From contig NC_043006.1 of the NCBI RefSeq assembly GCF_006345805.1, positions 39,308,001-39,372,000 on the forward strand: a stretch of 64,000 nucleotides of DNA, given 5' to 3'. Shown one piece after another: positions 12,625-26,144 of this stretch. A model generated the notes under the pieces. The model was not told the DNA's origin. It made no database searches and saw only the letters and a program-made list of their open reading frames with translations. This DNA comes from Octopus sinensis (lineage: Eukaryota). A program made the position numbers and the translations under genes. How positions within the stretch are numbered: the stretch's first letter is position 1; each line of letters opens with the position of its first letter.

Positions 12625-13025
12625 ACGTAGGAGTGGATGTGTGGTAAGTAGCTTGCTTACCAACCACATGGTTCCGGGTTCAGTCCCACTGCGGGGCACC
12701 TTGGGCAAAGGTCTTCTACTATAGCCTCGGGCCGACCAAATCCTCGTGACGGGATTTGGTAGACGGAAACTGAAAGAAGCCCGTCGTATACATATATATA
12801 TGTGTGTGTATGTATATGTTTGTGTCTGTGTTTGTCCCCCCAACATCGTTTGAGAACCGATACTGGTGTGTTTACGTCCCCGTCACTTAGCGGTTCGACA
12901 AGAGAAAACGATAGAATAAGTACTAGGCTTACAAAAAATAAGTCCTGGGGTCGATTTGCTCGACTAAAGGCGGTGCTCTAGCATGGCCGCAGTCAGATGA
13001 CTGAACCAAATAAAAAGAAACAAAA
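12625..13025 (+). mobile_element. tRNA-derived SINE, family B (full length, with internal microsatellite)
   Basis: Head GGAGTGG.TGTGTGGTAAG, B-box GGTTCAGTCCC, 3' tail GGCGGTGCTCTAGCATGGCCGCAGTCAGATGACTGAA; more than 20 copies or fragments in the window. Confidence 0.9.
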
Positions 13026-13667
13026 AAGAAGGAATTGCTACCGGTCCATGTGTGTATGTGTGTATGTGCCTGTGGATGTGCGCGTATGTTTTGTGGCATT
13101 TCGTCCGCCTTTAAGTTCTGAGTTCAAATTCCGCCGAACTTGACTTTGCCTTTCATCCTTTCAGGATCGATAAATTAAGTAGCAGTTAAACATTGGGGTC
13201 GATGTGTGTGTGGGTATGTATGTGTGTGTGTGTAACTTCTTATTTTAAAAGTTGCTACAGCTAACGATAGGTATGTAAACCAACACCAGCCGTGAAAATG
13301 CTAGAAGAAAACCACACACACTCACACAGGTAGGGCTCCCGCACAGTTTTCGTCCAGCATATTCAATCCCAAAGCAGCGGCTGGTCCGGTCTAGGCCTAT
13401 CATCGAAAACAATTACCCATGAGGCTGTGCAATTTGTGTTAATCATCAGCAGCATAATTACAAAGCTAACGTCTTAAACATATAGCTATATGTGTATGTT
13501 TTTACACTCGTACTGCTATATGTTTTTACATTCGTCGTGGTCCAGCATTGTTTGAAATTTTGGTATGATAAGCAGACACATGAAAAGAGACGAGGAAATT
13601 ATTTTTATTGCTTGTCGAGGGCGTAGCTTTAACACCACAGATTTTACCATTTTATTATTTCATAGCA

Positions 13668-13947
<280 letters not shown>

Positions 13948-14424
13948 TACTTGTTTTTTCACTTGTTTATATTTGATCTTGATTTCTGTGCTTCCTAAGA
14001 AAATACCGGTGATTCTTGTATATCGCAGTCATTGGTGCGTGGTTAAGAAGATTCGCTTTGCAGCCATTTTGCTTTTGGGTTTAGTCACCCTGAGCTGCAA
14101 TTTTCGAAAAGTGTTTTCTACTGCACAGGTATCTTCTAAAAGAGCCCTTAATTTAAGCAATGCCGTGGTAGATAGAAACCCGAAACCTTAGCGGTTCGGC
14201 AAAAGACGCAATAATATAAGTGCTAGGTTTAAAAAGAAAAATCTTTTTGATTGATTACGTACTGGGGTCGATTTATTTGACTAAAATTTCTCCAAAGCGG
14301 GGTACCAGCATGGCCACAGTCTAATTACTGAAACAAGTAAAAAATATTTTTTAAAATGCCATTGCGAATAAATAAATATATATATATATATATGTGTGTG
14401 TGGGTGTATACAGATATATAATAT

Positions 14425-14740
14425 ATATGCTGAGATCCCCCCTTCTGTCACGACACAGACCATGGGATTGTACCTAGAAAGTTACCCTCCCAGGCACAAG
14501 TCCCGGCAAGGTTATTTACGGAAAAACCAGCAGTCGCCCCTGCATACCGGCCTCCCCGCTCCACGCCACCAGTTTTATCCAAGGGTAAGACATAGGCCGA
14601 TGCAGCTTGGCACCTGTGGCGCTGCAACTCATTCCTATAGCTGAATGAACTGGAGCAACGTGAAATAAAGTGTTTTGCTCAAGAACACAACACGCAGCTC
14701 GGTCCGGGATTCGAGCTCAAACCTCACGATCGTAAGCTCA
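14425..14740 (-). mobile_element. tRNA-derived SINE, family D
   Basis: Homologous to 21910-22248; core GTGTTCTTGAGCAAAACACTTTATTTCACGTTGCTCCAG on the minus strand. Confidence 0.85.
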
Positions 14741-14758
14741 CGTTATATATATATACAC

Positions 14759-14801
<43 letters not shown>

Positions 14802-14934
14802 TATATATATTATATATATATATATATATATACATCAATATATGTATATATCACGCATTAATATATATATATACATATATATATGTATCTATATATACAT
14901 AAATATATATACATATATATATATATATATATGC

Positions 14935-14973
<39 letters not shown>

Positions 14974-14999
14974 CACATATATATATAAGTGTATATATA

Positions 15000-15043
<44 letters not shown>

Positions 15044-15734
15044 TGTATATATCTATGTATATATACATATATATATTATACTAGCAGTATACGATTATTA
15101 AGCTAATCAAGTTCTTTATTTCAAACCAAACTAAGTAATATCGACGTCATATTTGGGCAAAATCCGTAGAAATTGGTTATATTATATATATATTATATAT
15201 ATTATATATATAATATAATATAATATAATATAATAAAATATATATAATATATAATAAAATATAAATATATATGGGCAATAGACACGAACTCACATGTACA
15301 TACGTACACCTATTGCATGTTTTGTGCATACATACCTGTTCATAAAGAGAAATGAATGGAAAAATGTTGTTAAATTTGTAGATTAACACTCGCATGATTT
15401 TCACTAAGAAAAATAATCGTCTTTTTTTGCGTGGAATCAACTACTCTGGCCTCCTAATATGCTACAAAACCCTTTTTGTGGACCGTGAAACGGAGTCGGT
15501 GTGGTGGAAGCACTGACACATTGGTACTCACCTCTTTGTTTGCTTGTTGTTAAATAAATGGATTGTCAATAAAACACTTTTTTACTCAGCGTAAAATAAA
15601 AACAAAACTCTTTCGCACCCAAAGTAATGTGTCTGAGAGAGAGTGGGGGGAGAAAGATGAACGATTTAAAATAAATAATGATTTAAAATAAATATATTGT
15701 AATTGTTGTGTAAATATATAAATACTATGATTAT

Positions 15735-16268
15735 AAAATTTTTGAAAATCTTTCAAAATATTGGGCAAAAATTTTCAAACAATTTTCAAAAATTTTTTGA
15801 GAATTTTCCCCAAAAATTTTAGAAGACTTTTTCAAAACTTTTTCAAAGAATTTTCAAAATATTTTTCAAAAATTTTCCCCTAAAATGTCTGAATAATTTT
15901 TGGGGAAAATTTTCAAAAATTTTTTGAGAATTTTCCCTAAAATTTTTGAAAATTTAAAAAAAATTTACCCCAAAATTTTCAAAATACTTTGCAAAAATTT
16001 TCCCCAGAAATGTCTGAAAAATTTTTGAAAATTTTCCTCAAAAATTTTTCAAAAATTTTTCAAAAATTTTCCCCTAAAATGTCTGAATAATTTTTGGGGA
16101 AAATTTTCAAAAATTTTTTGAGAATTTTCCCCTAAAATTTTTGAAAATTTTACCCCAAAATTTTCAAAATACTTTGCAAAAATTTTCCCCAGAAATGTCT
16201 GAAAAATTTTTTGAAAATTTCCCCAAAAGATTTTGAAAAATATTTTGAAAATTTTCCTCAAAAATTTT
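15735..16268. repeat. A4T4-rich (GAAAATTTTC-like) low-complexity array with about 185-194 bp higher-order period
   Basis: Repeated AAAATTTT motifs; block CCCCTAAAATGTCTGAATAATTTTTGGGG at 15877 and 16071. Confidence 0.9.
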
Positions 16269-16590
16269 CAACCTCCTTGGAAATCTTTTTGAACATATGC
16301 TGTCCTTCAAGCATGGTGAGTTTATGTTGAATCCACGCCCATATGTACCATGTACCATGTTTGATTTAACTATTTCGTATAGTTCTTTGTCTAAAGCTGG
16401 ATCAGGAAGCTCTGCAGAGATTATGTTGTCGATGTCATTGAAATTGATCTTCGCTGAGAGCCAAAGCAGGATATGAGCATGTGGAAGGCCCCTTTTTTGC
16501 CACTCGATTGTGTACATGTCACATTGTATGGGCCCAAAGACTTGCCCTTTTTGTATGATGGAAAACTCGGGCGTTGAGATTCCGGTTCGA
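16268..16590 (-). pseudogene. Helitron Rep (HUH endonuclease) fragment
   Basis: GQVFGPIQCDMYTIEWQKRGLPHAHILLW...ISAELPDP..DKELYEIVKSNMVHG...CSKRFPR matches the Helitron Rep motif region. Confidence 0.92.
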
Positions 16591-17629
16591 ATGTAAGGCA
16601 GGTTTGAAAGTGTTCCCAACAGTTATTAGTTGTAGTGCTAGAGTATTTATGCCGAATATGTACGTATGCATGTATATATATGCATGCCTGTATATATGTA
16701 CAAAATCCACCGAGAAGGCTTTTGTTGGTCTGAGGCTACAGCAGAAGACACATGCCAAGTCACCACACAGTGGGACTGAACCCAGGACCATGTGTTTGGA
16801 ACGTAGTTTGTTACCACACAGCCACACCTGCCCCTATGTATGTGTGTGTGTGTGTGCGCGTATGTGTGTATGGGTAGATATATTATGCATGTATATATGT
16901 GTATATATATATGTGTACATATTACATGTACATCTATATACATACATCTACACATAATATACAAAATACAAAGTTATATCTTGATATCGCTAGTGATAAC
17001 AATACTCAAAATATATAACAGACAGGAATTGTAGGCCCGTTTCTAGCAATTTTGATCAATTGGATCTTGTCCTCCCTCTTGTATAGAAGTGTATGGCTGC
17101 AGCGAAATTCATTTTTGGACTTTCTTCTATCGAAGGCATTTTAACAAAAATGCTTCCGTAAAGACGGTGAAAATATTGTCAATTTCCCCAAACGGACACA
17201 ATTCAATTTTTAAACAATAACCAAAGCCCCTTCTCCAAAAGGGGCAGGGTTACAGTTTACAATTATTTAACAAATGCAACACAACAACGTTTCCCTGACG
17301 AGGAACCAACAAACGTGAGTACAATAGTCAAACAGCAATAGTAACAACAAACCTTTTTAATTTATCCCCATTTATGTGAAACCACTTATTCAATTCAAGT
17401 CACTGATGCAATTTTATACGAATTGCTAATACACACACACACACACACACACACACATAATAAGGGTGAAAAATTGAATATTAATTTGATTAATATGTAT
17501 TGAAAACCAGTGGTGTAGCATATAAAACCATAGCGGATCTTCTTCGAGCAAAATGGATGACCATTGTTAATGGTTCATCCCTGTTATATAATACTTTCAC
17601 TTTAATAGTGAAAGTGTCTGTATTACAAA

Positions 17630-18726
17630 AGAGAGATGTTTTTGTTTCACTTTTAACACGTAATACTGAAATAGTGGAGAAGATATGATATTGCTGTGGG
17701 GTCGCCCTAGGGAATAAGTTAAGATTTTTTGCCGATGACACTCCCCGGACCTTAAGTAAGGCATGTGTAAAATCTGAATGAAATTGGTTGTGTAGTTCTC
17801 AAGTTTTGGGGAAACACACAGACAGACACACATTCTCAGTTTTATATATATAGAGATACTAGCATTAAAGACCCGGCGTTGCCGGGTCATAGTGCTAGTG
17901 CATGTATATATGTGTATATATATGTGTACATATTACATGTACACTTATATATATATACATCTACACATAAAATGCAAAATACAAATTTATATCTTGATAT
18001 CGCTAGTGATAACAATACTCAAAATATATAACAGACTGGAATTGTTAGCTCTTCTTTTTTCTCTACATTGTATACTTTATAGACAATAGTCTTTTCTTTA
18101 ATTTAATTTTTTATTATCCATCTGGACTATTCCATTTCTGCACGCTAATTTTATTTTTAATTTATTCCCATTCATGGGAAACCACTTATTGAAGTTCAAA
18201 TCATTGATGCAATGTTATACCAATTGCTATTTTTACTTTTTTTATGTTACTTTAGTTTGATTTTAATTATTACTTACTACATATAATTCAATTGTTATTA
18301 TTATTTTTATTGTTAAAGTGAAGGCATCTGACATAAAATAGAGAAATATTTTTGTTTCACTTTTAACACGTAATACTGAAATAGTGGAGAAGATATGATA
18401 TTGCTATGGGCTCGCTCTAGACAAGAAGTTGAACATTTTTTTTGCCCATGAAACTACATGGACCCTAAGTAAGGCATGTGTAAAATTTGAATGAAATTGG
18501 TTGTGTAGTTCTCAAGTTTTAGGGAATCGTAGTGGAGAAGATATGATATTGCTGTGGGCTCGCCCTAGGCAAAAAGTTAAAGATTTTTTGTCGATGACAC
18601 TCCCCGGACCCTAAGGAAGGCATGTGTAAAATTTGAATGAAATTGGTTGTGTAGTTCTCAAGTTTTAGGGAAACACACAGACAGACAGACGACAGACACA
18701 CATTCTCTGTTTTATATATATAAAGA
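17630..18726 (-). mobile_element. Cluster of non-autonomous Helitron-like units
   Basis: Three similar blocks of about 200 bp (17630-17856, 18340-18517, 18520-18726); 5' A|TC ends at 17856 and 18726; hairpin plus CTAG end at 17859-17898; 16880-17035 is duplicated at about 17900-18045. Confidence 0.7.
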
Positions 18727-18960
18727 TATATATATATATATATACATATATATATGTATGTATATATATATATGTATATATATATACATTTATATATAAG
18801 AGTATATATATCCACACATTATGTATATATATTATATGTATATACATTTATATATATAAATGTATATACATATAATATATATACAGTTATATATAAGAGT
18901 ATATATATCCACACATTATGTATATATATATATGTATATACATTATATATATATATATAC

Positions 18961-19007
<47 letters not shown>

Positions 19008-19662
19008 ATATATCAAAGTCGGGCTCTTTTCAATTAGTTTCTGTCTGCCAATTCCACTCAAATCTTTGCTCGATCCGACGCTACGTTAGAAGACACCTGA
19101 CTAAAGTGCCACGCAGTAGGATAGAACACCGTACCATGTGGCTGGGAAACAAACTTCTTACCGCACAGCCACGCCTCCGCCATCTTAATTATCAACAGAC
19201 CAAAGATACATATACTTCAGGTGGTAGATTTTATTACCTGCTTTTGTTTATTATTGGAAATATTTGAACTGGAATAAATAAAACCAGAAGAGAATCAATA
19301 GATTTTGAGAGAGGAAGGTGGTGAGAAAGATAGCGTTTGTTCGCGTGAGAGAGCCGACGTAAGGCTTAAGTGATTTAGTGAGAGGGGAGGAGGAAGAGGA
19401 AGAGGGCGATTGGTACGGTAGGTGGTAGTGAGGGGAGGGGTTGAAGAGGGGTGGTATGAGCTACGCCATTGTAGCTGAATGTCGAGTGTTGGTTGCATAT
19501 ATATACGTGTGTGCGTGTGTTTGCGTGTGTGTGTGCGCGTGTGTGTGCGCGTGTGTGTGTGTGTGTGCGCGCGCAAATGTGTGCATATGATGTATATACA
19601 CGCTCATTACTCACAGACACACAAACACACGTGCACACATGCATATATATGCACATACACAT

Positions 19663-19718
<56 letters not shown>

Positions 19719-19781
19719 CTTGAAAATGTACCATATTTACATGCATACAAACCCACATTCATATATACATTATATGCATAT

Positions 19782-19817
<36 letters not shown>

Positions 19818-20394
19818 AATACAGACGCTCAGTCATATGTAATACAACGTATAGACACACACACACACGCCCGCAAGCACGCACACATCTATATGCATTT
19901 GTATACATGTGTATAAGCCATACGTATATGTATATGACTAATATGAGGAGGAGATTCGGACGACGTCTTTGTGAATATTCCTTTAAAGCAAAGACAATTC
20001 GAAAATACATGCTTTCCTTTCGTTTTCCGCATTAATTATCTACAGCAACGCCAATTTGTAAACCACGTAATGCAGTAATTATTATTATAATTGGTCAATT
20101 TACTTGCGTTAACTACATCAATGTTTAATTATCTAGAATATAATATTTATTGTAGTTTGGCCGACATTCACTTCTTAATTTGATTTTGTTGTTTAATGTA
20201 GAAGTACAATAATGGCGGTGTGGTTAAGAAGCCTACTTTGCAACCATATGTTTCTGGATTCAATCTCACCACGCAGCATCTTAGCCGAGTGTTTTTCTTT
20301 TACTAAAGTCCCGATCCGTGCGAGTGAAGTTAGTTGAGCGGAAACTGGAAGCCTGTCGTGTATATTTTGTTTTATTTTTATTTATTTAGTTATT

Positions 20395-21710
20395 TATTTA
20401 TCTAGTTTCAGCTCACAAGCTGTGGCCATGCTGGGGCACCGCCATTTGGTGTTGTTACATGATTTTACCCCACGAACGCTTTTTAGCAATTGCCATTTCG
20501 TGCATGAGAGAGTTCGATGCAGCTGCCCTCATCTGCAACTCCTGTCGTGAAGTTGGTTCATCTGGGATACCTGACAAGAAGAGATCCAGTTTCATTTTAA
20601 CGACATCTGCATCCACCCCATGAAGGTCTCTTAGATTCTTCGGGAGGATATTAAAGAGCTGTGGGCCTCTGAAGCCCAGGCTATCATAGTATCTTGTCCT
20701 ACATCTTGATGGCAAATTTGGAGACCTTGGCACTATGCAGTGGCGCTCAGTTCTGGCATTTGTGTAACTCTCGATGCCAAAGTTTGGGACAAGTCCTTCT
20801 AGGATCTTCCAGATGTATATTATGGCATATCTTTCTCGCCTACGCTCTAAGGAATAGAGTCTCAATCTCTTGAGTCTTTCCCAATAGCTTATATGCTGCA
20901 CAGAGGATATCTTCTTCGTGTAGCTTCGTTGGATCGCCTCAAGTTCTGTGATTAACTTTAAACTGAATGGTGACCATAGCTGAGAGCAATAGTCAAAGTG
21001 GCTTAGGACAAATGTCCTCCAGAGGACCATCATGGTTTCCTGGTCTGTTGTTCTGAAGGTTCGAAGAATCCATCCGGTCAGCCGCCTACATTTCATTGCC
21101 AATTTAGCAACATGCACATGAAAGGTTGCATCATCACTCATGTAAATACCCAGGTCTCGCACTGATTGTGCCTCTGGGATTGCAGTCCCTCCAGGTCCAG
21201 TGTATTTATTGGTTATTGCATTTAGTTTTGCGTGCTGATAGCATAGAGCTTGAAACTTTTCAGTATTGAACTGCATGCTATTCTTTTCAGCCCACTTGTA
21301 TATTTTGTCCAGCTCACATTACAGGTGCTTAGTGTCTTCAGGGTTCTGTATTGCCTGTGAAACTTTTGTATCATCTGCATAACTTGTGATCGTGGCTGAG
21401 GGCATGTCTGAGAGGGCCATTATGAACAGTAGTGGTCCCAAAACAGTGCCCTGCGGAACACCGCTCACTATTTGCGTGTTAGTGGAAGTGGCCCCATTGG
21501 CTACTACCACCTGACTTCTATCCTTCAGAAAGTCATGAAGCCATTCTCCCAATTTTCCAACTATACCAAGATCACGCAGTTTGTGACATAGCATTCCATG
21601 ATCGACTTTATCAAAGGCCTTTGCAAAGTCGAGATATATGACTTCCACATTTGAGTGGTTGAGCAGTCGTTTCAGCACCCAGTCATAGTGTTGTAGGAGC
21701 TGAGTTAAGC
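20395..21710 (-). mobile_element. CR1/L2-group LINE, 5'-truncated RT C-terminal part plus 3' UTR
   Basis: YLDFAKAFDKVDH, SGVPQGTVLGPLLF, YADDTK, VRDLGI, LERRRERY. ORFs 21319-21744 and 20455-21276 are in one frame, separated by a single TAA. The 3' UTR ends in an (AAAT)n-like tail. Confidence 0.93.
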
Positions 21711-21719
21711 TATATATAT

Positions 21720-21900
21720 ATAGTGAGAATTTATAAAAAAACAAAAAACGACGCAGACGGGTGTGTAAACAACAAACAGATGTATTAGTTTTACGCTCGG
21801 GAAGTGAGAAAGTCTTTTACGTTTTGAGCCTACGCTCTTCGACAGGAAGGAACACAGAAATAACCAGGGAGAGAAAATAGAAAAAGGTTTAGTGGCTAGC
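21720..21900 (-). mobile_element. Short Penelope-like repeat with hammerhead-like motif (A6U variant)
   Basis: Reverse complement CCTTC-CTGTCGA-A-GAGCGTAGGCTC-AAAACGTAAAAGAC; a partial second copy at about 22578-22735. Confidence 0.55.
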
Positions 21901-21909
21901 GATATATAT

Positions 21910-22443
<534 letters not shown>

Positions 22444-22851
22444 ATATATATATTATATATAAAGTTAATCCAAACAAGAAAACACAGAAAAAAAGAGAAA
22501 AAAACACAGCAACGCAGGACGTGGGACAATTAAAGTATTATTGACGCTCAGGAAAGAAGAGAAGGAGGGTTTTATATATAGTGAGAATTTACAAAAGACG
22601 AAAACGAGTGTGTAAACAAAGAGATGGATAGTTTAACGCTCGGGAAGTGAGAACGTCTTTTACGTTTCGAACCTTGGAATATAGAAATAAACAGGGAGAG
22701 AAAATAGAAAAAGGTTTAGTCACTAGCAATCTATCATGGCGCATATATATATTGGACCGCTGAAACCTAGAAGTCTTTCCTTCATTTTCTCTCTCTGTTA
22801 ATTTTTTTTATTTTGTCTCTTTTTCATTCTCTCTGTTTATTTTCTCATATT

Positions 22852-22890
22852 CCTTTCTGTTGAAGAGCGCAGGCTCGAAACGTAAAAGAC
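22852..22890 (+). ncRNA. Hammerhead-fold motif with A6U core substitution (best copy of the family)
   Basis: CTTT(stem I)-CTGTTGA-A-GAGC/GCAG/GCTC(stem II)-GAAA-CG-TA-AAAG(stem I'). Confidence 0.5.
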
Positions 22891-23659
22891 TTTTGCATTT
22901 TTCTCGAGTGTCACTTGCTTATTGGTCATACACCTGACTTCGTTTTTTGTTTTCCTATAAATTCCAACTACTGGTGTGTGTGTGTGTTTCTCCCCTCACT
23001 TCATAACAGTTGCTGGTTTGTTTGTGACCTCGTGATCTAGCTATTCAACATATAGAATATAAAAACCAATAGTATACGTATTAGGTTTAACAAAATATAA
23101 ATATTGGGGCTGATTTGTTTGACTAAATCCTTCAAGTCCGTTTCCAGCATGGCTGAAGCTTAAAAGAAAGAAGACAACGATAAATGCGACCTAGATACAT
23201 ACGACATAGATTCTCTCCTTTGTATAAGAAAAATTGACCGACGAATAAAAAAGATCCTTGTTAAAATGAAGAGTGTCCCTAGCTATCATATAAGTATCAA
23301 TATCAGGTTCTATCATATATGAACGAATAGCGGGTGGGCTAAAAATTTCATAGGTTGACTATGAAAGAGTGATGCCACATGATCAAAGGAGTATACTCTG
23401 TCAACTTGTTGAGGCAGTTATGAAAGACTATCAAGACCAAATACCCAGTAAAACTTATGGAAGGGGTCTTCTTTCATTAGCACAATGCTCCAGTATACAG
23501 GTCTTTGGTTCCAATGGCTGCTGTGCGTGACTGTGTCTTTAACTGGCTGATTGCCCTCCCCATTCTCCTGATCTGGTCCCCATCTGATTATCGTCTGTTC
23601 CTCGCCATGAAAATAGACTTGGCGGGGAATCAATATCACAGTAATGATGACATCTGCTG

Positions 23660-24059
23660 GAGTAAAGATTGTTTGCCAACATAAAATGGTAGTCCTGGTT
23701 TAGGACGAATGTTGCTGTAATTTTGCCCCAGGAGACATCGTCTCCAGCTGGCTATACGACACGATCTGTGTCCTTACAGAAGAATTATTCTGTGCTGAGG
23801 AAGGGGAAATAACCCGGAAGTCGCGATACACAGATATCGTTTTAAGCTGAGTTGGGGTGCTAGATTCCCTTGTTCGAAAATGTCAGGACACAGAGTGTCG
23901 TATAGCCAGCTGGAGACGATGTCTCCTGGGGCTAAATTACAGCAACATTCGTCTTAAACCAGGACTGTCGTGTAATGTTGGCAAACAATCTTTACTCCAA
24001 AGTATTGCTGCTGAATATCTCCCGTTTTGAGATTTAGTTTTGAGTAATTTTCTAATCAT
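23660..24059 (+). mobile_element. Fold-back insert: about 120-bp inverted arms with a hammerhead motif in the spacer
   Basis: Arms 23659-23778 and about 23881-23998 are reverse complements; ATCTGCTG duplicated at 23652-23659 and 24060-24067. Confidence 0.8.
23790..23833 (+). ncRNA. Minimal type I hammerhead motif, mutated at or next to the GAAA core
   Basis: CTGTG-CTGAGGA-A-GGGGAAATAACCCG-GAAG-TCGCGA-TA-CACAG: perfect 5-bp stem I and palindromic stem III. Confidence 0.7.
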
Positions 24060-24884
24060 ATCTGCTGTTGAGGAGTTTTTTTAGCAATAGGATGAACGCT
24101 TCTTCACCAATGGGATTCAAACACTGCAGCACTGATGGAAGAAGTGTGTAGACTGCAAGGGGAACTATGCTGAAAACTAAACCTCGTTTGGTCGCATTCT
24201 ATGAGAGCCTCTTGGTCAGCCTATGAACTTTTCCACCGATCCTTGTAAATATGTGACGGGTGACAATGTATTCGAACTTAAAAACAATGACCAGGAGAAG
24301 GACTCCAAGAATGGAGTATATACCTCACTCACATAACAGGGACCACACATGAAGTATAACGGAAACCGAAACCAACAGAAAATGGTTTAAATACGATGAA
24401 AGTCTTTGTTGTGAACGTTTGATTTCGAGTATGAATCAAACGTCACGTCCAACGTTATGACCTCCACAGCTATCTGCGGAGGCCATTCGGGATCCTGTGT
24501 GCAGGTTAAAGGTGGCCCCTTATGGTGATTTTCTACCACAAAGGAAACAAGCCTCTTACCACACAGCAACACTTACGCCTATTAGTGGATTCGTAAATGT
24601 GGTTACATGAGGAAAATGCTGTCAAACTTCGAAGCATAAGCCAAAAGAACACCATAAATGCTGTCTAAACCTTGCTCTTCTCAGAAATTGCTACACACAA
24701 AAGTTTCTTGCAGCATAAAATAAGAGTAAAATTCTTTAAAATAAAGACAATTCGATTAATACTCATCGAAGAAACGCCTCTAAGGCCTATGGTAGGAAAA
24801 TTCTAAGAAACTAAAATGTTTGAAAGTTCCAGCCACTCTATCGTTTTTCTTCTGATATTAAAATATTGTGTGGGTATTAACATA

Positions 24885-25385
<501 letters not shown>

Positions 25386-26078
25386 AATGCGATAGCAGAT
25401 AATAGAATCATATTCATTATTTTATTACTCTCCATAAAAAAAGGTATGTGTGTGTATATGCGTATGTATGTGTACGTATGTATTAACACATACAACAATA
25501 TACGTATATACTTGTGTGTATGTGTGCGTGTCTGTGTATTTATGTATGTATACATACACATACACGTATTTGTATGAACCGATATATGCGTATACATATG
25601 CAAATACAGATATAGCCATTATATATGTAGGTATGTATCTAATGGGCCATCACTATTTCCTTTTTTAAAGGAGAGAACCTATTACACACACACACACACA
25701 CACTCATATATATATATAGACATCAACATACATACATGCATATATATATATGTGTGTGTAGTAATATTGATAATTATATTCCAATTGAAGAAACGTGTTT
25801 AATCAATTTCATATATATATCGTAATAATATTGGTAATAAAATTCTAATTGCATTTATGCATTTCGATCTTAATTTATCTCTTCAAATTAATATTTAATT
25901 TCGATTTAATTTATATCTTTTATGAAAAGCAGACGTGTTAATTTTTTTAGATCAGGAAATTGTTTATTTTTTTATCAGAATCAAAAGATTTTTTAAAGTG
26001 ATATTCGATCAAAATCAGATAAGTGGTAGGAGTTAATAGAATAATAAAGAAATTTCTTTTGATTTATTATTATTATTA

Positions 26079-26142
<64 letters not shown>

Positions 26143-26144
26143 TG

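Larger units (their letters stand above)
23327..24245 (+). mobile_element. Non-autonomous mariner (DD34D-type) element interrupted by a fold-back insert
   Basis: TIRs GGGTGGGCTAAAAATTTCATAGGTTGAC / GTCAGCCTATGAACTTTTCCACCGATCC; transposase C-terminus HNAP...PHSPDLVPSDYRLF...SAVEEFF...KKCVDCKG. Confidence 0.85.
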
